Origin: Burkholderiales bacterium
GTDB lineage: Bacteria; Pseudomonadota; Gammaproteobacteria; Burkholderiales; Burkholderiaceae_C
Direction of reading: 5' to 3'
Assembly (NCBI GenBank): GCA_043756905.1
Contig: JAYUQE010000147.1
Coordinates: 1-40,074 of the forward strand
DNA: 40,074 nt
The notes below the pieces were generated by a model. That model was given only the letters and a program-made list of their open reading frames with translations. It did not search any database and was not told the origin of the DNA. Positions 18,008 to 27,851 of this stretch are shown here, piece after piece. A program made the translations under genes and the position numbers. Positions within the stretch are counted from its first letter, which is position 1. Every line of letters starts with the position of its first letter.

Positions 18008-19645
18008 ATGGCCACCATCGCCCACCGCACCATTGTTTACGCCGCGCGCAGCATCATCACCATGAACCCGGCTTGCCCGCGGGCCAGCCATGTGGCGGTG
18101 CGCGATGGGCGCATCCTCGGTGCGGGCAGCCTGCCCGAACTGGCCGGCTGGGGCGCGCACGAGCTGGACGAGCGCTTCAAAGGCAAGGTGCTCATGCCCG
18201 GCCTGGTGGAAGGCCACAGCCACTTGATGGCCGGCACGCTGTGGCGCTACACCTACTGTGGCTACTTTGATTTGGCCGACCCCGATGGCCGCGTGTGGCG
18301 CGGCGCCAAAAGCCTGGACGCCGTGGTGGCCGCGCTCAGCCAGGCCGCCACGCACGGCATTGGCCCCGTCACCGGTTGGGGCTTCGACCCGATCTATTTC
18401 GGCGCCAAGCGCTGCACGCGCGAAGACCTCGATCGCGTCAGCGCCAAGCGCCCGGTGGGTGTGATGCACGCCAGCGGCCACATCCTGAACGTCAACACCG
18501 CGGCGCTGCTGGCGCTGGGTTATCTGCGCACCGGCATCAGCCACCCCGGCATGCCGCTGGGCGCCGATGGCCTGCCCAGCGGCGAACTCAAGGGCCCGGA
18601 TGCCATGGGCGCCGCGCTCACCGTGGTGGGCCTGAACCGGAATTTCCTGTCGGGTGACGAAGCGGGCATACGCGCCTTTGGCAAGCTGTGCGTGCGTGCC
18701 GGCGTGACCACCGCCACCGACCTGGCCGCCACGCTGGGCGATGATGAATTGGCCACGCTGCTGGCCACCACCGCTGCGCCAGACTTCCCGGCCCGCCTGG
18801 TGCCGCTGCTGCGCATGATCGGCATGAAGCCGACTGACGCCGTGGCCCGCGCCGTGGCACTGCGCACCCGCAGCACCGACGCTGTGCGCTTGGGTGCCAT
18901 CAAAGTGGTGGCTGATGGTTCCATCCAGGGCTTCTCGGCCCGCCTGCGCTGGCCGGGCTACTACAACGGCGCGCCCAACGGCCTGTGGTACACCGCGCCC
19001 GAAGCCATCCGCGAGTGCTACGCGCTGGCCCTGGCGCAAGGCGTGCAGGTGCACACCCACACCAACGGCGATGAAGCCACCGCATTGGCGCTGGACTGCA
19101 TGGAGCAGGCCCTGCGCACCCAGCCCGCGCGCGACCACCGCTTCACCCTGCAACATGTGCAAATGGCCGATGCGGCCCAGTTCCGCCGCATGAAGATGTT
19201 AGGCCTGTGCGCCAACCTGTTTGCCAACCACCATTTCTATTGGGGCGACCAGCACCGTGCCATCACCTTGGGGCCCGAGCGCGCACAGCGCATGAACGCC
19301 TGCGCCACCGCGCTGCGCGAAGGCGTGCCGCTGGCCATTCACAGCGACGCGCCCATCACCCCGCTGGCGCCGCTGTTCACCGCCTGGTGCGCTGTGAACC
19401 GGCTCACCGCCAGCGGCGCGGTGCTGGGCGAACATGAACGCATCGGCGTGGAAGATGCGCTCAAGGCCATCACCCTGGGTGCGGCTTACACGTTGAAGTT
19501 AGACGGTGAAGTCGGCTCCATCGAATGCGGCAAGCGGGCCGACTTTTGCGTGCTCGAAGACGACCCGCTGGCGGTGGCGCCCGAAGCACTGAAAGACGTG
19601 AAAGTGTGGGGCACGGTGCAGGGCGGGCGGGTGTTCGCCGCATGA
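18008..19645 (+). CDS. metal-dependent amidohydrolase (Amidohydro_3/YtcJ-like)
   Basis: PGLVEGHSH, IKVVADGSIQG, HTNGD, LQHVQ, HSDAP, GSIECGKRADF; probable start 18008. Confidence 0.9.
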   Translation: MATIAHRTIVYAARSIITMNPACPRASHVAVRDGRILGAGSLPELAGWGAHELDERFKGKVLMPGLVEGHSHLMAGTLWRYTYCGYFDLADPDGRVWRGAKSLDAVVAALSQAATHGIGPVTGWGFDPIYFGAKRCTREDLDRVSAKRPVGVMHASGHILNVNTAALLALGYLRTGISHPGMPLGADGLPSGELKGPDAMGAALTVVGLNRNFLSGDEAGIRAFGKLCVRAGVTTATDLAATLGDDELATLLATTAAPDFPARLVPLLRMIGMKPTDAVARAVALRTRSTDAVRLGAIKVVADGSIQGFSARLRWPGYYNGAPNGLWYTAPEAIRECYALALAQGVQVHTHTNGDEATALALDCMEQALRTQPARDHRFTLQHVQMADAAQFRRMKMLGLCANLFANHHFYWGDQHRAITLGPERAQRMNACATALREGVPLAIHSDAPITPLAPLFTAWCAVNRLTASGAVLGEHERIGVEDALKAITLGAAYTLKLDGEVGSIECGKRADFCVLEDDPLAVAPEALKDVKVWGTVQGGRVFAA

Positions 19646-19691
19646 ACGTGGCATGAGCGTGGCATGAGCGTGGCATGAGCGCGGCATGAGC
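19640..19691 (+). repeat. 11-bp tandem repeat (GCATGAGCGTG), about 4.7 copies, between amidohydrolase stop and cobW-like start
   Basis: gcatgaacgtg gcatgagcgtg gcatgagcgtg gcatgagcgcg gcatgagc. Confidence 0.92.
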
Positions 19692-20633
19692 AGGGCACAG
19701 GCAGCGGCCGGCGCCACGGTGCCGGTCATCGTCATCGGCGGCTACCTGGGTGCTGGCAAAACGACGCTGGTGAACCACTTGTTGCGCCATGCCGGCGGCC
19801 AGCGCATCGCCGTGCTGGTGAACGATTTTGGTGACCTCGCCATTGATGCTGACTTGATTGAAGGCCAGCAGGAAGATGTGATCGCTGAGGTGCTCGCCAT
19901 ATCCGGCGGCTGCGTGTGTTGCAGCTTCGGCGCCGACTTGGTGGGCAGCTTGAGCAAGGTGGTCGCGCGCCAGCCCGCGCCCGATGTGGTGCTGATCGAA
20001 ACCAGCGGTGTCGGCCTGCCCGCTGCCGTGGCAAGCACGGCGGCGTTGGCCCCAGGCGTGCAGGTGGCCGGCATCGTCGTGCTGGCCGATGCGCACAGCT
20101 TGTGCGAACGCGCGGCTGATGCCTACATGGGCGACACCGTGCGCCAGCAACTGTGCGCGGCGGATGTCATCGTGCTCAACAAATGCGAGCTGCTGGCGCC
20201 GCAAGCGCTGGCTGAACTGCACACCTGGCTGGCCGCGGTGGTGCCTGCTGCGCCGGTGGTGAACGCCGTGCAGGCGCAAGTGCCGGTTGAGTTGGTGTTG
20301 GGCGTTCGAGTGCTGCCACGCAGCGTGCTTGACGAAACAACCTGGCAGCCCACTGGCCGCATCGCCGCGCCCGCGGCGTCGAAGTTCGACAGCCACAGCC
20401 TGCGTTTCGATCTGGCGCAAAACGTGCCCGCATGGGCGCAGCGCTTAACCGCGCCAAACAGTGGCGTGCTGCGTGCCAAGGGCGTGCTGCGTGGGCTGGA
20501 CGGGCGCAGTTGGGTGGTGCAGGTGGTGGGCCGGCGCGCCAGCATCGAGCCTGCGCTGCGCGAAGCCCGTGGGGGCGGGGAACTGGTCATCATCGGCTTG
20601 CGCGGCGTTGCGCCGATCTGGAGCCCAGCATGA
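19686..20633 (+). CDS. CobW/COG0523 family GTPase (putative metallochaperone)
   Basis: GYLGAGKTT, VLVNDFG, GCVCC metal motif, IETSG, LNKCE, LRAKG. Confidence 0.88.
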   Translation: MSRAQAAAGATVPVIVIGGYLGAGKTTLVNHLLRHAGGQRIAVLVNDFGDLAIDADLIEGQQEDVIAEVLAISGGCVCCSFGADLVGSLSKVVARQPAPDVVLIETSGVGLPAAVASTAALAPGVQVAGIVVLADAHSLCERAADAYMGDTVRQQLCAADVIVLNKCELLAPQALAELHTWLAAVVPAAPVVNAVQAQVPVELVLGVRVLPRSVLDETTWQPTGRIAAPAASKFDSHSLRFDLAQNVPAWAQRLTAPNSGVLRAKGVLRGLDGRSWVVQVVGRRASIEPALREARGGGELVIIGLRGVAPIWSPA

Positions 20634-20659
20634 ACCAGCCCATGCGCGCGTGGGCCTGC

Positions 20660-21065
20660 TCTCACCATCCTTGAAGTTGCACGCGCCTTCGTTGGTCGTG
20701 GGGAACGTGGCGATGTGGCGGCCTGCGCTGCGCGGGTCGGCCACCAGCTCGGCCACAGGAAAGGCCGGCCAGGGCTCTTCGTTTGCAAGGGGTGCAGCGC
20801 CCTCGCGCAGCAGCCAGTAGATGCGCGCATAGCAGCGGCCCGTGCGGTAGGCAGCCACGAACTGGTCGAAGTGGCCGTTTTCGCGATTCGGTGAAACCCT
20901 CGCCCTGGGCCACGATGGCGGGCAGTCTGCGCAGGGCGTCGGCGCGGCTGGCCACGGGCCTGACGATCAGGTCGCGGTCGTAGGCATCCCATTCCGGCGA
21001 GCTGATTGCCACCAGCCAGAGGCCAGCCCGCCAGGCCCTGGGCGAGCAGTTGAACCGGGGCGTGC
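20660..21065 (-). pseudogene. frameshifted fragment, possibly of a ferritin-like (VioB-type) protein
   Basis: ...IVRPVASRADALRRLPAIVAQGEGFTES in one frame continues as NGHFDQFVAAYR...WPAFPVAELVADP in the adjacent frame across an A-run near 20880; no start seen. Confidence 0.35.
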
Positions 21066-21130
21066 TGCAACGCCTGGGTGCGGCGATCGGCATGCTGGGC
21101 TGAGCTGTGCGCGGCGCGCCATGCGCGGCA

Positions 21131-22324
21131 TCACGGCCCCAGATTGTCTTGCGCGACCGCACCGTTGATGTTGTTGCCCCAGCACATTGGCAGCCCGGCC
21201 AGCGTGATGCCGCAACTGGCCGTGCCGCCGGCTTGCAGCGTGCGATAGCGGTGGCCGCCGGCCAAGGCCACGGGCACCTTGCTTTCAGCCTCGGTGCCGC
21301 TGCCAGTCAGTGCCGCCGGGCCCCAGCACCAGGCCGTGCCGTTGCCGGTCAAGCCGCAAGCATGTTGGTAGCCGACCGAAAGGCTGGCAAAGACATGGCC
21401 GCCCGCCACGGCAACGGGCACGTCGCTGTGGGCCCCGAGCGCGCCGTCGCCGAGCGACAGCGCAAAGCCCCAGCACCAGGCCGCGCCTGCCGCCGTGAGG
21501 CCGCAATTGAAATTGCCGCCGACTGCCAGTGAAGTGAACCGGTGGCCGCCCGCCACCATGCCTGGCACCAACCCCGCGCCCGAAACGCCCCGCCCCAGTA
21601 CGCCATAGGGGTTGCGCCCCCAGCACCAGGCCTGGCCCGTTGCGTCGAGGCCGCAAGCATGGTTCGAGCCCGCGCCGATCGACGTGAAGGGCCGTGCTGC
21701 CAGCACCTGCACCGGCACATTTGAACCGTTGGTTGTGCCATTGCCCAGGCCGCCGCTGTCGCCCGGCCCCCAGCACCAGGCGGTGCCGGCAGCGTCGAGT
21801 GCGCAGCTGAGCAGGCCGTCGCTGCCAGCGTCGACATCAACAAAGCGGTGGCCGCCGGCGATGGCGACAGGTGTGGCGCTGTTCAGCCTTTGCCCATTGC
21901 CCAATTGGCCGCCAGCGCCGAAGCCCCAGCACCAGGCTTGCCCGGCCAGGTCAATGCCGCAACTGTGCAGCCGCGACGGGCTGAGTTGCGCAAAGCGTTG
22001 TGGGGGCTGTGCTCGTACCGGCTGCCAGGTGCAGGCCACCATGCCGCTGGTGCAGGACTTGGGGGTGGGTGCGCCGAGTTGGCCGTGCTCGTTGTTGCCC
22101 CAGCACCAGGCTTCACCGCCCGGCGTGAGCATGCAGCTTGAGTCGTAGCCTTGCGCCACGCGATTGAAGGCCAGCGTGGTCGTGATCAGCATCGGTTCGA
22201 GGTAGATCTGGCGCTCAAGTGGGCTGAGTTCTCGGTATGGATCCGCGCCGCCACAACCGGTCAGAAGCAAGATCAGTAGAAAGGTTTCGGCGACAGGCAC
22301 GGTGCGGCGAGCGCGTTGACTCAT
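21131..22324 (-). CDS. RCC1-repeat (beta-propeller) lipoprotein
   Basis: LLTGC lipobox; about 7 repeats of HxCGLxxxGxAWCWG...GxLGxG. Confidence 0.88.
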   Translation of the reverse strand: MSQRARRTVPVAETFLLILLLTGCGGADPYRELSPLERQIYLEPMLITTTLAFNRVAQGYDSSCMLTPGGEAWCWGNNEHGQLGAPTPKSCTSGMVACTWQPVRAQPPQRFAQLSPSRLHSCGIDLAGQAWCWGFGAGGQLGNGQRLNSATPVAIAGGHRFVDVDAGSDGLLSCALDAAGTAWCWGPGDSGGLGNGTTNGSNVPVQVLAARPFTSIGAGSNHACGLDATGQAWCWGRNPYGVLGRGVSGAGLVPGMVAGGHRFTSLAVGGNFNCGLTAAGAAWCWGFALSLGDGALGAHSDVPVAVAGGHVFASLSVGYQHACGLTGNGTAWCWGPAALTGSGTEAESKVPVALAGGHRYRTLQAGGTASCGITLAGLPMCWGNNINGAVAQDNLGP

Positions 22325-22411
22325 GATGACCTGCGGTGTTGTGGTGAATCAGAAATGGGGCCGGGCGGGCAAAGCGTGTTCAATGGCGGGCAGGCCGGTG
22401 GCCCCTGACGT

Positions 22412-23488
22412 CTATTCAGCAAACCCGCCGCTCAGCGCCCCACCCTCCACATGCCAGCGCAACATGCCGCCGCCCAGGTTGGCCACCTGTTTGAAGCCGG
22501 CCTTTTGCAGCATCGCCACCGCGCGCGCCGAACGGGCCCCCGAGCGGCACACGGCCACCACGGGGCGGTTGGCATCAAGCTCGCCACTGCGCGCATCCAG
22601 CTCACCCAATGGCAGTGAGACGGCGCCCGGAATGTGGCCCAGCGCACCGGTGAATTCGTCGTGCTCGCGCACATCCAGCACCTGCACCCGGCCACGCACA
22701 TCTTCCAAGGCACGGGGTTCGATTTCCCACAGCCCGCTGAAGGCCAGGCGCAGTGCGGCCCAGGTTTGCTCGGGCGGTGGCGCCAGGCCGTCAGCCGGCT
22801 CGCCGCAGCGCAGGTTGGCCGGCACGGCGCGGTCGATCTGCTTGGGGTGCGGCAGGTTCAGGTTTTGCATGTAACCCACGAAGTCAGCCTCGGCGGCTTC
22901 ACCACCTAACCGGGGGTTGAAGCGGCGCTCTTCTTCCACGCTGGTGGCGGTGATGCCGTTGTAGTCGTGCGCCGGGTACAGCAGGCAGTGTGCAGGCAGC
23001 GTGAACAGGTGCTGGTGCACCGAGCCGTACAAGGCGCGCGCGTCGCCTTGCTGGAAGTCTGTTCGGCCGCAGCCGCGGATCAACAGTGCATCGCCCGTGA
23101 AGGCGCGGCTGGCATCGTCGAGCACATAGCTCAGGCAGCCGTTGGTGTGGCCGGGGGTGGCACGCACTTCAACATGGCGCGGCCCGAACGCGATGCGGTC
23201 ACCGTGCACCAGTGCCCGATCCGCCCCACTGGCCTGCGCCGCCGCCGCCAGCGCGATGCGGCTACCCAGGCGCTGGCGCAGCAGCCAGGCGGCGGTGACG
23301 TGGTCGGCGTGAACATGGGTTTCAAGCGTCCACTTCAACGTGAGGCCGAGTTCGCGGATCAGCGCGGCGTCGCGCTGCACTTGCTCGAACACCGGGTCGA
23401 TCAACAAGCACTCGCCGCTGCGCAAGTCGCCCAGCAAGTAGGTGTAGGTGGACGAGGCGGCGTCGAAGAGTTGTCTGAATATCAGCAT
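22412..23488 (-). CDS. persulfide dioxygenase (ETHE1-like MBL fold) fused to rhodanese
   Basis: FRQLFD, ETHVHADH, TPGHT, GCGRTDFQ, YPAHDY, NPRL; C-terminal rhodanese CRSGARS. Confidence 0.92.
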   Translation of the reverse strand: MLIFRQLFDAASSTYTYLLGDLRSGECLLIDPVFEQVQRDAALIRELGLTLKWTLETHVHADHVTAAWLLRQRLGSRIALAAAAQASGADRALVHGDRIAFGPRHVEVRATPGHTNGCLSYVLDDASRAFTGDALLIRGCGRTDFQQGDARALYGSVHQHLFTLPAHCLLYPAHDYNGITATSVEEERRFNPRLGGEAAEADFVGYMQNLNLPHPKQIDRAVPANLRCGEPADGLAPPPEQTWAALRLAFSGLWEIEPRALEDVRGRVQVLDVREHDEFTGALGHIPGAVSLPLGELDARSGELDANRPVVAVCRSGARSARAVAMLQKAGFKQVANLGGGMLRWHVEGGALSGGFAE

Positions 23489-23521
23489 GGGTTGGATTTG
23501 AAGCCACCGGCGGGTGGTGCG

Positions 23522-24943
23522 TCAATCCTCCAGCAGCCGCACCTTCACGCTGCGCCCCTTGACCTTGCCCGCGCCCAGCTTGCGCAGCGCCTGCGCCGCC
23601 ACGCCCGCACGCACCGCCACGTAAGTGGAAAACTCGTTGACGTTGATCTTGCCGATATCAGTGCCAGCAAAGCCCATGTCCTTGGTCAGCGCACCCAGCA
23701 CATCGCCCGGGCGGATTTTTTCCTTGCGCCCGCCCACGATCTGCAGCGTGCTCATGGGTGGCATCAGCGGCTCGTTGCTCGTGCTGCTCAATTCACTCAA
23801 TGGTTTCCACTGCGAGCTGAAGTTGGCGGCCTGTTCGATCTGCCCCACGCGGCCCATTTCATCCAGGCTGGCCAGACTGAAGGCCCAGCCCGACTCATCG
23901 ACCCGCGCAGTGCGGCCGATGCGGTGGGTGTGGGTGGCGGCGTCGGGCGTGATGTCGACATTGATCACCGCTTCAAGCTCTTTGATATCGAGCCCGCGCG
24001 CCGCGATGTCGCTGGCCACCAGCACGCTGCAACTGCGGTTGGCAAAACGCACCAGCACCTGGTCGCGTTCGCGCTGGTCCAGGTCACCATGCAATTCAAG
24101 CGCGGCAAAACCCTGGGCGCGCAGCACCTGCACCAGTTCACGGCAGCGCTGCTTGGTGTTGCAAAACGCCAGCGTGCTCACCGGCCGGTAATGGTTGAGC
24201 AGCAGCGAAACCGCATGCAGGCGTTCGTCTTCACGCACTTCAAAAAAGAGCTGGCGGATCTTGGTGGTGGCGTGCGCCTCCAGCAATTTAACTTCCTTGG
24301 GCGTGCGCATGAAGGCGGCACTGAGCTTGGCGATGCCTTCGGGGTAGGTGGCTGAAAACAGCAGGGTCTGGCGCTGCACCGGGCACTGTTTGATGACGGT
24401 GGCGATGTCATCGAAGAAGCCCATGTCGAGCATGCGGTCGGCTTCGTCAAGCACCAGGGTGTTCAGCGCGTCGAGCTTCAGGCTGCCGCGTTCAAGATGG
24501 TCCATCAAGCGGCCCGGCGTGCCCACCACGATGTGCGCGCCATGCTCCAGGCTGGCCAGCTGCGGCCGCATGGTGGCGCCGCCGCACAGGGTGAGCACCT
24601 TGATGTGGTCTTCAGCGCGCGCCAGGCGGCGCAGTTCCTGCGTCACCTGGTCTGCCAGCTCGCGCGTGGGGCACAGCACCAGGGCTTGCACGGCCGGGTT
24701 TCCCAATTTCGTGCGCGGGTTCAGGTTGGCCAGCAAGGCCAGCGCGAAGGCGGCGGTCTTGCCGCTGCCGGTTTTGGCCTGGGCGATGAGGTCGTGCCCG
24801 GCCAGGGCCAGCGGCAGGCTGGCGGCCTGGATCGGCGTCATGCTGTCGTAGCCCAGGCGTTGCAGGTTTTCCAGCGTGGGCGGTGAAAGGGGCAGGCTGC
24901 TGAACGGCGCAGCGGGGGGTGAGGCGAGGGCAGGTGAATTCAT
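23522..24943 (-). CDS. dbpA: ATP-dependent RNA helicase DbpA
   Basis: AKTGSGKT, PTRELA, DEAD, SAT, HRIGRTAR and the DbpA RNA-binding tail GGRKEKIRPGDVLGALT. Confidence 0.95.
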   Translation of the reverse strand: MNSPALASPPAAPFSSLPLSPPTLENLQRLGYDSMTPIQAASLPLALAGHDLIAQAKTGSGKTAAFALALLANLNPRTKLGNPAVQALVLCPTRELADQVTQELRRLARAEDHIKVLTLCGGATMRPQLASLEHGAHIVVGTPGRLMDHLERGSLKLDALNTLVLDEADRMLDMGFFDDIATVIKQCPVQRQTLLFSATYPEGIAKLSAAFMRTPKEVKLLEAHATTKIRQLFFEVREDERLHAVSLLLNHYRPVSTLAFCNTKQRCRELVQVLRAQGFAALELHGDLDQRERDQVLVRFANRSCSVLVASDIAARGLDIKELEAVINVDITPDAATHTHRIGRTARVDESGWAFSLASLDEMGRVGQIEQAANFSSQWKPLSELSSTSNEPLMPPMSTLQIVGGRKEKIRPGDVLGALTKDMGFAGTDIGKINVNEFSTYVAVRAGVAAQALRKLGAGKVKGRSVKVRLLED

Positions 24944-25007
24944 GCGCGATTATCGAGAGGCCGCTCGTGCGAACCTGGCCAAGCCCCGGCCCGATCAAAA
25001 TGCACGA

Positions 25008-25856
25008 ATGAAACCACCCGAACGCTTGCTGCCATTGATCGACGAAGGTTTGATCGACAGCGTGGTGCGCCAGCTCATGAGCGGCAAGGAAGCCGAGGTC
25101 TTCGTGGTGCGCTGTGGCGACGACACACGCTGCGCCAAGATCTACAAGGCCGCCACCCACCGCAGCTTTCGCCAGGCGGTGGACTACACCGAAAACCGCA
25201 AGGTCAAGAACACCCGCCAGGCCCGCGCCATGGCCAAGGGCACGCGCTTTGGCAAGCAGGCGCAAGAAGCGGCGTGGCAAAGCGCCGAGGTGGATGCCCT
25301 GTACCGCCTGGCCGGCGCCGGCGTGCGCGTGCCCAAGCCGTATAACTTTCATGACGGCGTGCTGATCATGGAACTGGTGTGCGACGAGCATGGCGACGCC
25401 GCCCCGCGGCTGAACGACGTGGCCTTCACGCCCGTGCAAGCGCGCGCCCACCATGCCACGCTGCTGCAAGAAGTGGTGCGCATGCTGTGCGCGGGCGTGG
25501 TGCACGGCGACTTGTCTGAATTCAACGTCTTGCTCAGCGCCGACGGCCCGGTGATCATCGACCTGCCGCAGGCGGTGGACGCCGCCGGCAACAATCACGC
25601 CCTGCGCATGTTGTTGCGCGACGTGGCTAATCTCAAACATTACTTTGGCCGCTTTGCGCCCGAGATCTTGAGCACGCAATATGGGCCGGAGATTTGGCAT
25701 CTGTTCCAGCGTGGCATGTTGCTGCCCGATTCGCCATTGACCGGCCGGTTCGAAGTGAAGCACGCGCCGGTGGATTTGCGCGCGGTGATGCGCGAGATTG
25801 ATGATGCGCGGGCGGATGAGGCGGCGCGGGTGTTGCGCATGCAAGTGGTGAACTGA
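25008..25856 (+). CDS. RIO1-like atypical protein kinase (PA4780-like)
   Basis: LMSGKEAEV, CAKIYK, VHGDLSEFNVL, IIDLPQAVD; probable start ATG 25008. Confidence 0.9.
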   Translation: MKPPERLLPLIDEGLIDSVVRQLMSGKEAEVFVVRCGDDTRCAKIYKAATHRSFRQAVDYTENRKVKNTRQARAMAKGTRFGKQAQEAAWQSAEVDALYRLAGAGVRVPKPYNFHDGVLIMELVCDEHGDAAPRLNDVAFTPVQARAHHATLLQEVVRMLCAGVVHGDLSEFNVLLSADGPVIIDLPQAVDAAGNNHALRMLLRDVANLKHYFGRFAPEILSTQYGPEIWHLFQRGMLLPDSPLTGRFEVKHAPVDLRAVMREIDDARADEAARVLRMQVVN

Positions 25857-25961
25857 CGCGCCATGATTTCAGCGGCACCGCATAACGTGGCCCGTTGTTA
25901 ATCAGGCGGCGTCTTTATTAGCCGTCGCGCGCGTCTGTGCGCACCTGCATAAGGCGCTGTT

Positions 25962-26861
25962 TCATTGGGCAACAAATACAAGCCGATCCGTATCGGTAGC
26001 CTTACGTGTCGCACCAGGCACGATGCCCTCAACAGATGTCGTCAGCACGTTTTTTCCGCTCTTCAGTGTGCTATCAGGTGCCAACTCAAGCAGCACACGT
26101 CGGCGGTTGCTGGCCATCGTAATGAATTGGCTGGTGATATCTATTCCATTCAAGACTGCACGGAAAGTTGATTGATGGACGGTTTCACCATTTTGACCAA
26201 ATAAAATATCAACCAAAATTGGAGATCTATATATACTATTGTCTTTGATTGTTGTAAATACTAAGAATCCATCGACGGCCGGCCTGCGCCCACCGTTAAA
26301 TAATGCTTCGTTAAATGCAGGCGCTTCAACGGTTCCCTTGTATGCCCTTTCAGGATACGCTGGTAAATCAGGCGGTTGACCGGTTGGGAAGTCAATCCCT
26401 TCGACTGGCGTAGGTACCCATCCAGTTGCATAGAATACTCCAGAGATTGGTGGATAGGCACTTTGATATGAAAATCCAGATAGTGCTTGTCCTGGTTTGA
26501 TTTGATAAATACTTGGAACACTTCGTCCATCATCTGCGCTGCCGCTTTGATTAATCATGCCTTCCTCGTCGCAGGCGCACCAGATGATCCTATTTCCGGC
26601 GCTCGTATTTAATGCCCACCAGCCACGAGGTGATTTAATATTCAATATTGTTGCGCCTCGTAATGGAATATCAATACTAACTAATTCTTGTGTCGCGTCT
26701 GCGTAATTTGTAAGAATGTAAGCGTATGTAAATAAGCCGCTGTTTTTGTCATAAGTAACATTCACTGAGGCGCTGATGTTTACTTTGTTCGGCAACTCTA
26801 TTCCCGAAGTTGCGTTACAAGAGAAGAATATGAAAATCAAAAGAGAAAACAGTTTTTTCAT
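25962..26861 (-). CDS. exported hypothetical protein, 299 aa, low GC; paralog of 28135-29034
   Basis: Signal peptide MKKLFSLLIFIFF; AGGAG RBS; gapless alignment with 28135-29034. Confidence 0.85.
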   Translation of the reverse strand: MKKLFSLLIFIFFSCNATSGIELPNKVNISASVNVTYDKNSGLFTYAYILTNYADATQELVSIDIPLRGATILNIKSPRGWWALNTSAGNRIIWCACDEEGMINQSGSADDGRSVPSIYQIKPGQALSGFSYQSAYPPISGVFYATGWVPTPVEGIDFPTGQPPDLPAYPERAYKGTVEAPAFNEALFNGGRRPAVDGFLVFTTIKDNSIYRSPILVDILFGQNGETVHQSTFRAVLNGIDITSQFITMASNRRRVLLELAPDSTLKSGKNVLTTSVEGIVPGATRKATDTDRLVFVAQ

Positions 26862-26891
26862 AATAAAAGTCTCCTATTGAAAAGTGGTGTC

Positions 26892-27851
26892 TCACTCTTT
26901 TGTTTGAAATTCTATTATATGTAAGTGTGATGAATGTGGATATGTGGCTCCTACTATGCCTACGATGATCAGCATTTGATCGAACTTGGTGCGACGTGTA
27001 TTCAATATTTTGATATCTGCAATCACACCAATTCGATGCTCGCTGTGCGCAGGCGCCCAAGTATTATCTATATCGAATAGCCCGCCTTTTTCTAAACTCA
27101 TGTCATCTATTAATAGTCTTCCTGAAGCAGTACCACTATATTCTAGAAAGTAGAGCAATGCAGCAGCTTGAAGCTTGGCGTTAAATTCAGAAGTGCCCCA
27201 ATGGTTTGAGTAATGTATTGATGAAACCCTTGGCATGCCATAACTGCCTGTCAGCTCATAAATGGGTGACGGCTCAAGATTTTGTAAACCACCGATCGCT
27301 GTGGTAAACGAATAGAATTGCCCAGGATAACAATAAAACCCATTAGGCCCCGAACAACTTCCATCCGAATACACGACGCCAGAGACTTCAGGTGCGGTGT
27401 ATTGGATGTTCAAGTCCAGACCAGAAGGCCCGGTATTGCCAGAGTATTTAGACAAACTGCCCTTGGGCCGATCCGACGAGTCATGGTCATGTCCGCCGCT
27501 CATGGGCTGGTGGCGCAGGGCGTCTAGTGAAATGTCGACATTGGGGACGATCAACCCTGTGGCCGTGTCGTATGCAAAGACCGTCCAGTTGTATACGGAT
27601 ACCCGCTTCGGGTTCAACGAAGAATTACTGGGTATGGCGATGAACGGGGTGGGCACTTCGCCGGGTGCCGCGGCCATGACTTGAGGCGCTTCGCCTGAAG
27701 GCGAACGTATCTGGTCAGCCCGGGCTGGTTTGGCCGACGCGACCCACTCGGTCGGCACCAGGCCAATCGTCATCTGATAGCCCTGTGCGGCACAGGCGCA
27801 GAGTGCCGCCATCCCGGCCACCAAGGCCTTGAAAATTGAATGCGTTGACAT
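26892..27851 (-). CDS. exported protein with a C-terminal MepA-like (LAS/M74-type) Zn peptidase domain
   Basis: Signal peptide; SGGHDH...RPKG; DDMSLEKGGLFD...HSEHRIGVIAD (H-x6-D) and HSSHLH (HxH); probable start ATG 27851 with GAGG RBS. Confidence 0.72.
   Translation of the reverse strand: MSTHSIFKALVAGMAALCACAAQGYQMTIGLVPTEWVASAKPARADQIRSPSGEAPQVMAAAPGEVPTPFIAIPSNSSLNPKRVSVYNWTVFAYDTATGLIVPNVDISLDALRHQPMSGGHDHDSSDRPKGSLSKYSGNTGPSGLDLNIQYTAPEVSGVVYSDGSCSGPNGFYCYPGQFYSFTTAIGGLQNLEPSPIYELTGSYGMPRVSSIHYSNHWGTSEFNAKLQAAALLYFLEYSGTASGRLLIDDMSLEKGGLFDIDNTWAPAHSEHRIGVIADIKILNTRRTKFDQMLIIVGIVGATYPHSSHLHIIEFQTKE

Noticed and set aside
25884-25908. Integron attC site (GCATAAC...GTTAATC)
   Set aside because: Far too short, no L boxes and no integrase.
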